A stretch of 64,000 bases of DNA from NCBI GenBank assembly GCA_027623195.1, contig JAQBUT010000012.1, positions 23,582 through 87,581 of the forward strand, written 5' to 3'. Both the position numbers and the translations under genes were made by a program. Shown here piece by piece: positions 30,928-40,796 of the stretch (position 1 is the stretch's first letter; the number at the start of each line of letters is the position of its first letter). The DNA comes from Chloroflexota bacterium (GTDB lineage: Bacteria > Chloroflexota > Dehalococcoidia > Lucifugimonadales > JADFKI01). The notes beneath the pieces are model-generated. The model was not told where the DNA came from. It searched no databases and saw nothing but the letters and a program-made list of their open reading frames with translations.

Positions 30928-31150
30928 GAGGGAGTCTCCCGAAATGGATGAGTCTAACGCCCCACATGATAATGGCTATGGGGCATACGGGCAATGTTGG
31001 GCGATTCGGAGATTTTCTTGGGGAGTTTTGATGCTGCCAGAGCCGCCGTGCGCCGTCGCCGGGAGTTATGGTCCCGACGACGAGTCTGTGAGGTTTATTA
31101 GCAGGGGCAGATAGGAGCACGTCTTATTAACGCCGCCCATTCAGGCCTGA

Positions 31151-31816
31151 TTACAGCTCGAAGGTCTTTCTCCAGATGCCGGGAGAGTCTGGCAGGTGCA
31201 GCATGGTCTTCTGCCAGTACTCGTTGGCGGGATTTAGCCCGCGCTGGTGGTTCCACTCGTCGCTCTTGGAGACGTTCTCGTGCTCGAAGTCGTAGACGGT
31301 TAGGTACTTCGGCTGACCCTCTGCGGCCAGGAATCGGCGACCGCTGATGACGCCGGGAACCTTCTCGTAATTGGGGATATAGATTGTGTTGTACCAGTCG
31401 TTCCATCCGTCTTCGTCCTCGGGCTTGATGTTGATGCGACCAATTTGAAGGGCGGGAGCCATGCCTCTGTTGGCCATATCGTCGGAGAGCTTGTCGGGTA
31501 GGAACATCTTGTAGGTGTTGCGGATGAAGGTGGTGCCAATGACGTCGGGCGAGACTCTTTTCGTCCACTCGGAGGGGTTGGCGCGTACCTTCTGGTACTC
31601 CGGCGTCTCCAGGGCGGCCAGGCTTTCCAACTCGTACATGGCCAGGTGCTTGGGGCCGGTGGTAACGACCTCATAGCGTGCGGCGTTAAGGAAGCCGGGG
31701 CAGGCCATGCGCTCTATTATGTGCTCTTCTGTGTACCAGGCGTTAAAGTCGTCTTCCAGTTCAGCAGGGACGTCTGCCCAGACCATCATGAGGGCGGTGC
31801 CTTTTTTGTTTGGCAT
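31151..31816 (-). CDS. Tandem DUF4286/EthD-like dimeric alpha-beta barrel protein
   Basis: Two repeats: FNAWYTEEH..PGFLNAARY..HLAMYE and WNDWY..PGVISGRRF..YLTVYD. Confidence 0.75.
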   Translation of the reverse strand: MPNKKGTALMMVWADVPAELEDDFNAWYTEEHIIERMACPGFLNAARYEVVTTGPKHLAMYELESLAALETPEYQKVRANPSEWTKRVSPDVIGTTFIRNTYKMFLPDKLSDDMANRGMAPALQIGRINIKPEDEDGWNDWYNTIYIPNYEKVPGVISGRRFLAAEGQPKYLTVYDFEHENVSKSDEWNHQRGLNPANEYWQKTMLHLPDSPGIWRKTFEL

Positions 31817-31886
31817 GTTTTGGATATCTCCTAAATGGGTGTTGGGTTTTATTACCATCCCTCCCGCCCGGACGGGATTTGTTTAG

Positions 31887-31934
31887 CAGGGGACACATCC
31901 CACAGGCCCCCTGCGAGAGAGGATTCCTCTCTCG
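31887..31934. repeat. Tandem palindromic REP-like element
   Basis: GCAGGGG..CCCCTGC followed by CGAGAGAGG-ATT-CCTCTCTCG. Confidence 0.45.
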
Positions 31935-31996
31935 ATTCCCTTTATTGTTGTCCCTCACCGGGATTCCTGCGGGAGGAAAGGGCTAGTTTTTATAAA

Positions 31997-33181
31997 TTAG
32001 TCGGCGGAGACGGGTTGCTGGACGCGGCCTTTGAAGGCGGGCATTATCTCCTTGGAGAACCGCTCTAGCTGCTCCAGAATTACCGATTGCGGGGTGCCGA
32101 CTGGTTGGCCTACGCTAATACGGTCGAGGCCAGGGTATCGCTCTTCCAGCGACTTGAGCTGTGCGATGATGTGCTCGGGAGGTCCCGTCAGGAAGCCACC
32201 TGACTTCACTGCTTCGTCGATCTTTGGCAGGTCTGCTGTGGGTGCCTTGGTTGGGTCGGACATTATGTCGATCTGCTCTTCGCTCAGCGCTCGTACCAGG
32301 CGTAGGGGCCCGAACATTTTCAGGTTCTCTTCGTAGTACTTGCCGGCGGCCTTTATGCCTTCCTCAACAGTGTCTGCAATGTAGAAATGGAAGCCGAAGC
32401 TGAGGTTTTCACCTAGTTGAAGCTTCTTGCCAGCTCGGGCGTTGGCTTGCTGGAAGGCCTCCACAACACGGTGCATGGCTCCGCCTTCGGCAACGCCGCC
32501 GCCTATTACGCCCTTGATGCCGTGCTTGGCCATGAAGTCCAGAGCGCGCGGGGTGGCGCTTTGCACCGGCTGCCAGCACTCCACAGGGTTTACGGGCCTT
32601 GGTACCACTGTAATCTCCTCCAACTGGTAGCCGCGATAGGGAACGCTGGGAGGCAAGGTGTAGTACTTACCTTTGTGGGAGAAGGACTCGTTATTGAATG
32701 CCTTGAAGACGATGTCAACCTGCTCCTCGAACAGATCGCGGTTGGCCTCCTGGTCGAACAGAGGCGAGCCGAAGGTTTCGATCTCGCGGCTGTGGTAGCC
32801 TCGGCCCACGCCAAAGCGGACTCGACCGCCTGTTAGGTAATCGGCGGTGGCGTAGTCTTCAGCAAGACGCAGGGGATGCCACATAGGTGCGATGTTGAAA
32901 CCGCAGCCGAGCATGATGTTCTTGGTGATATGGGCCAGGTGCACTGCCGTAAGCAGTATGTTCGGCAGACACTCGTAGCCCTCGGGCTGGAAGTGGTGTT
33001 CTGCCATCCATAAGGTATCAAAACCGCTCTTGTCCATGAGCTTGGCGATGGCATCAGTCTTGTCATAGGCTGTCGCAAGCTGCTTGTTGGAGAACTTGCG
33101 GTCGTTGACGGCAGTGCCGCCGTAACCGACGTTCTCCATGTCTATGTGTCCAGCGAAAAGGCTGTCGAACTTTGTAATCAT
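31997..33181 (-). CDS. Luciferase-like (LLM class) flavin-dependent oxidoreductase
   Basis: WMAEHHFQPEG, WHPLRLAED, GVGRGY. Start at MITKF after GGAGG; the upstream ORF extension overlaps the divergent gene. Confidence 0.93.
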   Translation of the reverse strand: MITKFDSLFAGHIDMENVGYGGTAVNDRKFSNKQLATAYDKTDAIAKLMDKSGFDTLWMAEHHFQPEGYECLPNILLTAVHLAHITKNIMLGCGFNIAPMWHPLRLAEDYATADYLTGGRVRFGVGRGYHSREIETFGSPLFDQEANRDLFEEQVDIVFKAFNNESFSHKGKYYTLPPSVPYRGYQLEEITVVPRPVNPVECWQPVQSATPRALDFMAKHGIKGVIGGGVAEGGAMHRVVEAFQQANARAGKKLQLGENLSFGFHFYIADTVEEGIKAAGKYYEENLKMFGPLRLVRALSEEQIDIMSDPTKAPTADLPKIDEAVKSGGFLTGPPEHIIAQLKSLEERYPGLDRISVGQPVGTPQSVILEQLERFSKEIMPAFKGRVQQPVSAD

Positions 33182-33322
33182 GTAGCGCCTCCATAGGGCT
33201 AATATCGTTCCGTATGCGCCTATTGTAAACTGGTAACATGCGAAGTCAAATTCGTTGTCTGGTTTTTTTAGAAAAATTAGGATATTTAGGCTAATTAAGC
33301 CAAATCGAAAGGTCTGAATTTT

Positions 33323-34756
33323 ATGAAATCCATTGTCATTGTTGCTTTCGATGGCTTGCAGCCCGCCCAGGTAACGCTCAATTTGATGCCGAATCTGGCG
33401 CGGTTCGCTGCCGACGGCGTGACATTCACCAATAATCACGCTGTGTTTCCCACAGTGACTCGCATCAACGCGGCCAGCATGGTCACCGGGATGCATCCGG
33501 GTCGCCATGGCCTGACAGCCAACACGCTGGTGGTTCGGGATTTCGATCCCTATTTGGCCTTCTCTGCGCTGGAGCCCACGTTGGCGCAGCTTGCGCAAAA
33601 GACAGGGCGAGTGTTACTTCAACCGACCCTGGCGGATATTCTTTCAGGACATGGCCAGGAGTATGTCGCGGTGGTGACGGGTACGTCGGGGAACGCCTAC
33701 GTACACAATCCCAGGGCCGAGCAGTCCGGTGGCGCGACCATTCACCCCGAATTCTGTCTGCCGTATAGCCTTCACGATGAGATCGTAGGCAGATTCGGAG
33801 TGTGGCCCGAATCCGGCGTGACCAACGCGGACAAGCTGGTCAGGGGGACTGATATCGCCACTCAGTACGTGTGGCCCGAGCGCAAGCCTGCCGTTTCCTT
33901 CGTATGGTTCTCGGAGCCGGACCACGCTCAGCACGCTCACGGCGTTGGTTCGGAGGTGGCGTCAAAGGCTATTGGTGAGGCGGACGAACAGTTCGGCAGG
34001 CTGCTGTCGCATCTGGACGGCGATACTGACGTGTTCGTGATTTCGGACCACGGTTACTCCACGGTGAAAGATGCGATAGATATCGAGGCCGAGGTGCGGC
34101 AAGCCGGGTTCCCTGCTGGTGATCAGCCGGGCGGCGTTGTCGTTGCGCCTAATGGCGGCTCGGCGCTTTTCTACACTCACCAAAGCGACAGGGATACGAC
34201 TGACCGCCTGGCGCAGTGGCTCATGGGTCAGCCCTGGTGTGGTGCATTGATGGCGTCTGAGGCCGTAGCGGGCATTGCTGGCACTGTGCCGGCTTCTGTG
34301 GCGGGCATGCAGGGCGAACGGACGCCCGAACTGGCCATGTCCTTCAGGTGGGACTCTGAGGTAAACGAAGCGGGCTTCGCAGGGCACGCGTTCTCCACAA
34401 GCCTTGGTCCGGGACAGGGTCAGCACGGCTCTATGAGCAGGCACGAGACTCACAACGTGTTGTTCGCAAGAGGGCCCAGCTTTAAACAAGAGCTAACCAT
34501 CGACAATCCCACGGGCAACATCGACCTCGCGCCGACGATTCTGAGGATTCTTGGATTGTCCGGTGGCGAGGGCATGGATGGCCGTGTGCTAGCCGAGGCG
34601 TTACGAGATGGCCCAGACGCTGCGTCAGTCCAGTGGCGCACCGACACGCATGAAGCGCAACGAGATGTGGATGGCGGGACGTACCGTCAGTACGTCAAAG
34701 TCTCGTCCGTGGGCAGCACGACGTACGTGGACGAGGGGTTGGGCTGGGTGGAGTAG
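33323..34756 (+). CDS. Alkaline-phosphatase superfamily (nucleotide pyrophosphatase/phosphodiesterase) protein
   Basis: FDGL, FPTVT (Thr nucleophile), EPDHAQH, SDHG, QHGS. Confidence 0.9.
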   Translation: MKSIVIVAFDGLQPAQVTLNLMPNLARFAADGVTFTNNHAVFPTVTRINAASMVTGMHPGRHGLTANTLVVRDFDPYLAFSALEPTLAQLAQKTGRVLLQPTLADILSGHGQEYVAVVTGTSGNAYVHNPRAEQSGGATIHPEFCLPYSLHDEIVGRFGVWPESGVTNADKLVRGTDIATQYVWPERKPAVSFVWFSEPDHAQHAHGVGSEVASKAIGEADEQFGRLLSHLDGDTDVFVISDHGYSTVKDAIDIEAEVRQAGFPAGDQPGGVVVAPNGGSALFYTHQSDRDTTDRLAQWLMGQPWCGALMASEAVAGIAGTVPASVAGMQGERTPELAMSFRWDSEVNEAGFAGHAFSTSLGPGQGQHGSMSRHETHNVLFARGPSFKQELTIDNPTGNIDLAPTILRILGLSGGEGMDGRVLAEALRDGPDAASVQWRTDTHEAQRDVDGGTYRQYVKVSSVGSTTYVDEGLGWVE

Positions 34757-34785
34757 GGATCGCTTTTGTCTGACTAACAGGTTTC

Positions 34786-34818
34786 GCCGGTCCTCGCATT
34801 ATTGAAACGAGGACCGGC
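34786..34818. terminator. Hairpin between convergent genes
   Basis: GCCGGTCCTCG-N11-CGAGGACCGGC. Confidence 0.65.
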
Positions 34819-34833
34819 AAATTATGCGGGTGA

Positions 34834-35379
34834 TTAGTGAGCCCCGACCGGAGTCATGGGCATTACCAGGTTGCCATAACCACTGATGGTCAGAACATGG
34901 TATTCCCATGTCCCCCAAACGGACCAGTCCGGGTTGCCTTCATAACGCGGGTCTGTCTCATGAACGATGAGGTAATTATACGTGTTGTTGTCATCGTATC
35001 CGTAGCATCTGATGTCATTGAGAATCCAGCCGCTGTCCATATAAGGCGTATTCTCGAATTTTGCTCGATATTGCACCTGGTAGTCGCAGGTGGTCAGTGT
35101 TGCGCCGTCGAGGTCATCAATAGAAGCCACAGTTCCGTATATGCGACCGTCACCTAGGTCCCAATACCAACCTCCGTTGGGACAGCCCGGATTACAATCG
35201 TAGGCATACACTGATGTGTAAGCCCCGACCGTTGTAACGCCCTCATCCGGGATGCCGTTGTTGTCCACGTCATACCTGTCCTTGTCATGGCCAGGTACCA
35301 GTGTGCCTGCCATGGCCACTGACGCGGTTATCATGACCGTCATCATTGCTAATGTTAACGCGATTGCGACCCGTTTCAT
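34834..35379 (-). CDS. Secreted hypothetical protein
   Basis: AAGGAGG RBS, signal peptide MKRVAIALTL...AMA, DVDNNGIPD Ca-loop-like motif, Tyr/Trp/Asp-rich. Confidence 0.75.
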   Translation of the reverse strand: MKRVAIALTLAMMTVMITASVAMAGTLVPGHDKDRYDVDNNGIPDEGVTTVGAYTSVYAYDCNPGCPNGGWYWDLGDGRIYGTVASIDDLDGATLTTCDYQVQYRAKFENTPYMDSGWILNDIRCYGYDDNNTYNYLIVHETDPRYEGNPDWSVWGTWEYHVLTISGYGNLVMPMTPVGAH

Positions 35380-35615
35380 TTCTTGCCTCCTTTGACGTAT
35401 ATGCCTACGCTCTCGTAGTTTATGGCTCTGTTCACTTCGCCGAATGCTGGCGCGGCCCACAAAGAGAGCCTCGATTCATGTGGGGTATCAGCACGCTTAA
35501 CCTAGAAATTGAGGCCAGCACGTGCATATTATTCATAACGCGTGTCGAGGTCAAATTCGGTTCCCAGTGATGTGCCAATAACATGCTTGGACGGGAAGAA
35601 AGGTAGGGTTTTCCC

Positions 35616-37190
35616 CTAAGTCGACGCCCGTCCTCTGCGTAGCCCTCGGCCAGGTACTGCGCCGGTGTTTTCGCCGTTCTCGATGACGATTTGGCCGTTG
35701 ACGATTACGTAGTCTATGCCGACGGGGTAGTGATGGGGGTCGTCCTTGGTGGCGTCGGTGCGGACCGTCTTGGGGTCGAAGATGACGATGTCGGCCTTGA
35801 AGCCGTCGCGTAAGATCCCACGGTCCGGCACGCCCAGGCGTTGCGCCGGGAACGACGTCATTTTGCGGATGGCCTCGGGCAGGCGCAGGTGCTTCTCGGC
35901 CCGCACGAACTCAGCCAGCACTATGGGAAAGCAGCCGTAGGTGCGGGGGTTGGGGTACTCGCCGAACAGAATTGCGTCGCTGGCGATCATCCCTGCCGGG
36001 TGCGAAACGAACGCGGGCAGCGTCTGGGCGTTGGTGCCCAGGCCGACTGTTGATATGCCTAAGTTTTCCTCGACAAGCAGGTCGAACAGCGCGTCGGCGG
36101 GATCCTGGTTGCGCATCTGGGCGATCTCGGTAATGAGCCTGCCGTCGTACTGCTTGTTCTGTGGCTGTGTGAAATTGGTTAGCCAGTTGTTCTCCAGCCT
36201 ATCCCTCACGACCTCCTTTTTCATGCGGGCGCGGTCGTTGGGGTCCTGCAACGCCGCCATCAGACGCTCGGGGCCGCCGTCTTTGGCCCAGAACGGCAGG
36301 CCTATGGTTATGGTGGTGCCAGAGTAAGGATAGGTGTAGCAGTCGAAGGTCACATCCATGCCCTCGTCGCGGGCGTTCTCCACCAGGCCAAGGTAGTCCA
36401 GGTGGCTGCCGTCCCCCTGCCTGCCCTGGCGGAAGTGCGTCAGGTGAATCGGGATGCCGCTGCGTCGACCGATATCCAGGGCCTCCTCCCATGGGGCAAG
36501 AACGCCCTGCGCCTTGAGGCTGGCCCTGGTGTGCGTATGGTAAAAGCCGCCCAGTCTTGCAGAGGCTTCCGATAAGGCTACTAGCTCGTCGGTGTCGGCG
36601 TATGCGCCGGGAGGGTAGTCCAGACCGGTGGACAGGCCCCATGCGCCCTCTTCCATTGCCTCACGGACTACCGACTTCATGTCCTCTAACTCGGCTGCTG
36701 TGGCGGGCCGCTGCTCCCAGCCAACGCTCCAGATGCGCACCGGTGAGTTGCCCAGGATGTAGGCCACGTTAATGGCCACCGTATTGTCGAACTTGCCAAT
36801 GAAGTCGGCTACCGTAAGCCAGTCGGCGGGCATTGGCGGGTAGCCGTTCAAGCCGGAGTCCAGCCAGATGTAGCGGTGCAGCTCGTCCTGCGTCTTGAAG
36901 GGCGCGTGGGATATGCCGTCGATGCCAACCAGTTCTGTCGTAACGCCCTGTCGCACCTTGGGATCGTGGTGAGGCTCGCCGAGCATGGTTAGCCCTGCGT
37001 GGGAGTGAAGGTCGATGAAGCCTGGGCAGACAACGTGGCCGGTGGCGTCGATAGTACGGGCGGCTTGCAGGCCCGAGGTGTCGCCCCGGTGGATGGCGAT
37101 GGTGTCGCCGGTGACCAGCACCGCGCCGTGGAAGCCGGGGCTGCCCGTGCCGTCGATAATAAGGCCGTTTTCGATAAGTAGGTCCAGCAT
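35616..37190 (-). CDS. N-acyl-D-amino-acid deacylase (D-aminoacylase) family amidohydrolase
   Basis: IIDGTG, PGFIDLHSH, GLSTGLDYPPG, NPRTYG, ADIVIFDP. Confidence 0.92.
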   Translation of the reverse strand: MLDLLIENGLIIDGTGSPGFHGAVLVTGDTIAIHRGDTSGLQAARTIDATGHVVCPGFIDLHSHAGLTMLGEPHHDPKVRQGVTTELVGIDGISHAPFKTQDELHRYIWLDSGLNGYPPMPADWLTVADFIGKFDNTVAINVAYILGNSPVRIWSVGWEQRPATAAELEDMKSVVREAMEEGAWGLSTGLDYPPGAYADTDELVALSEASARLGGFYHTHTRASLKAQGVLAPWEEALDIGRRSGIPIHLTHFRQGRQGDGSHLDYLGLVENARDEGMDVTFDCYTYPYSGTTITIGLPFWAKDGGPERLMAALQDPNDRARMKKEVVRDRLENNWLTNFTQPQNKQYDGRLITEIAQMRNQDPADALFDLLVEENLGISTVGLGTNAQTLPAFVSHPAGMIASDAILFGEYPNPRTYGCFPIVLAEFVRAEKHLRLPEAIRKMTSFPAQRLGVPDRGILRDGFKADIVIFDPKTVRTDATKDDPHHYPVGIDYVIVNGQIVIENGENTGAVPGRGLRRGRAST

Positions 37191-37210
37191 TTTTTCACCC
37201 AGTGATGCTC

Positions 37211-37957
37211 TTAAGGTTTAGGTATTTTCGCCAGGAATTCGTTTGCGCCTGAGGTTAACCAGGCGGGCCATCCGGTCATGATGAACTTCGCGCCCTGCCC
37301 CAGGAAGTGGTCGATGGTGTCGAGGGTTGCCAGGGTGCCGGGAGTGCGCCCCGCGGCGATGGTCTTCTGGATGACGCCGTCCATCACAGCCATCACATCA
37401 GGATGAAAAGGCTGGCCCAGAAGTCCCATGCTCTGCGACAGGTCTCCCGGTGCCACGAAGAATACGTCGATGCCGTCTACTTTTAGGATCTCGTCCAGTT
37501 CGTCCACGGCGGCGATATCCTCGATCATGATGACCACCAGGGTTTCGTCGTTGGCCTTCTGGACGTAGTCGGGGTCGCCGTAGCCCTGCCGGCTGCCGAA
37601 CATCCCTCGCTGGCCCAGGGGGTGGAAGCGCGAAGCGTCCACAACCTGCCGAGCCTCATCGGCGTTGTTCACATGCGGCATGATGATGCCCTGAGCACCC
37701 ACATCTAGCGTGCGGTAAATGACGCCCGGCGTAATCTGGTTGACTCGGACCACGGGCGTCAGGCCCCACAGGTCGCAGGCGCGCGTCATGTCGGGTATAT
37801 CGGCGAAGTCATAAGGCCCGTGTTCGGTCTCTATCCACGCGGCGTCGAACAGGCCCAGAGAGCCTATGTAGTCCAGGATGTCAGGCGAGTGAAAGCCTTC
37901 GATTATGGTGGTTACTTCACCGTTAGCGAGCTTCCGTTTTGTAAGGTTGGGGCGCAT
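37211..37957 (-). CDS. HpcH/HpaI class II aldolase
   Basis: IETEHG, LDVGAQG, MIED, VAPGDLS. Confidence 0.88.
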   Translation of the reverse strand: MRPNLTKRKLANGEVTTIIEGFHSPDILDYIGSLGLFDAAWIETEHGPYDFADIPDMTRACDLWGLTPVVRVNQITPGVIYRTLDVGAQGIIMPHVNNADEARQVVDASRFHPLGQRGMFGSRQGYGDPDYVQKANDETLVVIMIEDIAAVDELDEILKVDGIDVFFVAPGDLSQSMGLLGQPFHPDVMAVMDGVIQKTIAAGRTPGTLATLDTIDHFLGQGAKFIMTGWPAWLTSGANEFLAKIPKP

Positions 37958-37994
37958 AAGAGTCCTCATTTGCTGGTTTTTAGTAGTTAGTTCT

Positions 37995-38348
37995 TTAGCC
38001 TTCCCAGCCTGTTTCCGCAGCCCAGGCTTGCAGGCCGCGTCGAAAGGCAAGGCCGCCCATGGGCATGAGGACGGTCTCCAGCGCCTCCAGGATTTCCCGA
38101 GGCGTTGCGCCCTCCGCCAGGGCTACGCGCATGTGCGCCTGGATCTGGTCCTGGTCTGCGCGCAAGGCCGTCTCCACGGCGATTTGCAACAGCTCCTTGG
38201 TTTTGCGGTCCAGCATGCGTTGGCCGGTGTAGGTGGCATCGATGAAGGTGTTGTACTTCTCCACCCATTCGGGCTCCTGGGATGCCATGATGCGGTGCAT
38301 CTCCAGAGAGTAGCCTCGGTTGGGAGGAACAGGGCTGTTGGTGGTCAT
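37995..38348 (-). CDS. Carboxymuconolactone decarboxylase (CMD/AhpD-like) protein
   Basis: LDRKTKELL..., HMRVALAEGATPREI. Confidence 0.85.
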   Translation of the reverse strand: MTTNSPVPPNRGYSLEMHRIMASQEPEWVEKYNTFIDATYTGQRMLDRKTKELLQIAVETALRADQDQIQAHMRVALAEGATPREILEALETVLMPMGGLAFRRGLQAWAAETGWEG

Positions 38349-38404
38349 GGTAGGCTCCTAGTCTTTCGGTCTGATTGGGCCAGGTGTGAGATTTGGGTTT
38401 AGGC

Positions 38405-38485
38405 TTCCTCTTCGCCTTAATCCACTCCTTTAGGGAGAGGAGATTATCCCATCTCTCTTGAGGGAGAAGGTTAGGATGAGGGGGT
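38405..38485. repeat. Degenerate REP-like element (GGGAGAGG/GGTTAGGATGAGGGG type)
   Basis: TAGGGAGAGG and GAGGGAGAAGGTTAGGATGAGGGG; a similar stretch lies at 43059-43079. Confidence 0.45.
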
Positions 38486-38538
38486 AGCCTTTCGAATTCA
38501 TATGTCCCTGGCCGTTTTGGATGTCGTCCGTTTTTGCT

Positions 38539-39402
38539 TTACGTAAGAAACTCGTTGATGGCTGAATCGTAGAATGACTTGCGGGTGACCTGGGCCATGA
38601 GCTCCGCCGATGCGATGGAATCTCGCAAGTCGGCTGGGGCCACGCCCTCGCGAAGTGCCTTCAGCGTGTCGTATACACCCTTTACCGCTGCGGAGAATGG
38701 CAGATGCCCTTGCAGCGCAACTCGTACGCCGTTTGCTCCCAGGAATTCCTTGTCGCTAAGTTCGCCACCTGCGCCGCCCAGCAACAGCGGAATGTTAACT
38801 TCTGCGTTCACGGCTTCGACCTCGGCTTTTGTCGATGCCCCTGCCATGAAGACGGCGTCTACGCCTGCCTGCTCGTAGGCCTTGGCGCGCTTGATGGCTT
38901 CTGGGAGGCCTGAGAAAGCTAGCGCGCTGGTGCGACCGGCTATAACCATGTTGGTGTCCTGTCTGGCGGAAAGCGCGGCCTTCATCTTGCCTACGCCTTC
39001 CTCTATGGAGATCAGCTCGCCGCCCTTGGGGTGGCCGTAGGCGATGGGCAGGATGGTGTCTTCGATGGTGAGGCAGGACACCCCGGAGGTCTCCAGCTCT
39101 TCCACGGTGCGCCTGACGTTCAGGGCATTGCCGTAACCGTGGTCGGCGTCCACCATGAGGCTAAGGTTGCCTGCACGGCAGATGCGATGTATCTGCTGGG
39201 CGAACTCCGTCAGGGTGAGAACGATTAGGTCGGGGTCGCCCAATACTGTGAACGAGGCGATGGAGCCTGCGAACATACCGATCTCAAAGCCAAGGTCTTC
39301 GGCTATGCGTGCCGATATAGGATCGTAGACGGAGGCGGGGTGAACGCACACGTCGCCTTCCAGAACTGATCTGTAGTTAAGACGTCTCTGGGTAAGTTCC
39401 AT
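38539..39402 (-). CDS. Isocitrate lyase/PEP mutase family, oxaloacetate decarboxylase-like
   Basis: SVYDPISARIA, DADHGYGNALNV, LTIEDT. Confidence 0.88.
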   Translation of the reverse strand: MELTQRRLNYRSVLEGDVCVHPASVYDPISARIAEDLGFEIGMFAGSIASFTVLGDPDLIVLTLTEFAQQIHRICRAGNLSLMVDADHGYGNALNVRRTVEELETSGVSCLTIEDTILPIAYGHPKGGELISIEEGVGKMKAALSARQDTNMVIAGRTSALAFSGLPEAIKRAKAYEQAGVDAVFMAGASTKAEVEAVNAEVNIPLLLGGAGGELSDKEFLGANGVRVALQGHLPFSAAVKGVYDTLKALREGVAPADLRDSIASAELMAQVTRKSFYDSAINEFLT

Positions 39403-39481
39403 GGGAATCTCCTCTCAAATTAGGTCGTGCGCAATTCTATACCAATCGGGTGCGTGAGGCTATTGGGGGAGTTGGCAAGCC

Positions 39482-39529
39482 AAGAAGAAACCTGCGGCGG
39501 CGCTGATTATGCAAGGCGCCGCCGCAGGT
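39482..39529 (-). terminator. Terminator after the mscS gene
   Basis: ACCTGCGGCGGCGC / GCGCCGCCGCAGGT stem with a U-rich tail on the minus strand. Confidence 0.7.
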
Positions 39530-39577
39530 GATTCGGTTCAGAGACGTGTATGGGTTATGAAACTGAGCCCAATGTTG

Positions 39578-40456
39578 TTAGTTGTTCCGCACGTTGGTGG
39601 ACTCAGGGCTGTTGCCGAAATAGACCTTGGTGTGCGGCCACGGTATTTCGATGCCCTCCTGATCAAAACGAACCTTGATTCGTTTACGAAACTCGCCCAT
39701 CAACGGGACACGACTCATGGGTTCCGTGTCGCCCAATATCTTGATGTCGACACTGATATCCCCAAGATTGTCCACTCGGCTGACGCTTGGCGTAGTCAGC
39801 ATCTGGTCTCCCCACTGCGGGTCCGACTTTAGCTTTTCGCACTCCTCATTGATCACAGCAATAACCCTGTCGATGTCTTCCCCGTAACCGACCCCGATGT
39901 CTAGATTAATTCGCGCCCAGTACCTGGTCATATTGCTGGCAAGACGGATATTGCTGTTCGGCACGACATGCATAGTGCCATCCAGGTCTCTCAGGATTGT
40001 TCGCCGGAGATTGATGTCTTCGACCAGTCCCGCAACGCCAGCTATGCTTGCGACTTCTCCCACCCGAAACCAGTCTTCCATCACGATGAAAAAGCCGTGC
40101 AGATAATCCCGGATGATATTTTGAGCTGCGAAGCCAACGGCTAATCCCACGACACCAGCTGCGGCAATTATTGGACCTGTATTTATTCCAATTGCGCCTA
40201 ACATGGTCATTATGGACACGAGCCAGATCGCAAATGAGATCGTCTTTACTACCACCCGCGAAAGGGTCTCGGACCTCTGGGAAAGCTGACCGTCCGTCTC
40301 ATCGCGCAGCTTGGGAATCCGAACGCTAATGGCTTTTGGCACCACCCTCTTTGGAATCGCAACAACTATGAACGTAACGATAAGTATTATGAGAACCTTG
40401 ATTGCGCTGCCGACTAGAATGGCAAGGTCGAAATTAAAATTAACGAAATCCGGCAT
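39578..40456 (-). CDS. Small-conductance mechanosensitive channel (MscS family)
   Basis: GLAVGFAAQ, FRVGE, INLRRT, VPNS, IEIPWP. Confidence 0.93.
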   Translation of the reverse strand: MPDFVNFNFDLAILVGSAIKVLIILIVTFIVVAIPKRVVPKAISVRIPKLRDETDGQLSQRSETLSRVVVKTISFAIWLVSIMTMLGAIGINTGPIIAAAGVVGLAVGFAAQNIIRDYLHGFFIVMEDWFRVGEVASIAGVAGLVEDINLRRTILRDLDGTMHVVPNSNIRLASNMTRYWARINLDIGVGYGEDIDRVIAVINEECEKLKSDPQWGDQMLTTPSVSRVDNLGDISVDIKILGDTEPMSRVPLMGEFRKRIKVRFDQEGIEIPWPHTKVYFGNSPESTNVRNN

Positions 40457-40796
40457 GGGTCCCTCCTTAAAGGGTGTTTAATGGTCTTTTCTACGGAACT
40501 ACGGGAAGTCTGGCAACGACCGTTGGTTTTCGCAATTGAGTTTCGACATGATCGCACGGAAACTTGCGGTAGTTTCCGAGTGGAGTCCGCTCCCAAGAAA
40601 TTGAATGCTGGCATGGCTGTAAGAATTCCTCGTGCCTATGAATGGGGCTAAAAGGCGACCGGTTCGTCCATCTATCACAGACGAGGTGTGCCCGTTGGGC
40701 TTAGTAACATTCATACATTATCAATTCGACGGATTCGGCTGTCTAGGCGCTCCAATGGATTGCCTGGGTTTCTGGTGCTGTGTACACTGAATTGGT

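Noticed and set aside
33182..33598. N-terminal extension of the 533-aa LLM ORF
   Set aside because: It overlaps the divergent phosphodiesterase gene. The GGAGG RBS and the paralog at 43907-45049 support the start at 33181.
40457..40796. Possible c-di-AMP riboswitch before mscS (GCCGAATCC on the minus strand)
   Set aside because: The rest of the ydaO consensus (GGAACC, GGGGUGAAU, CCCG..AGCUAAC) is not there.
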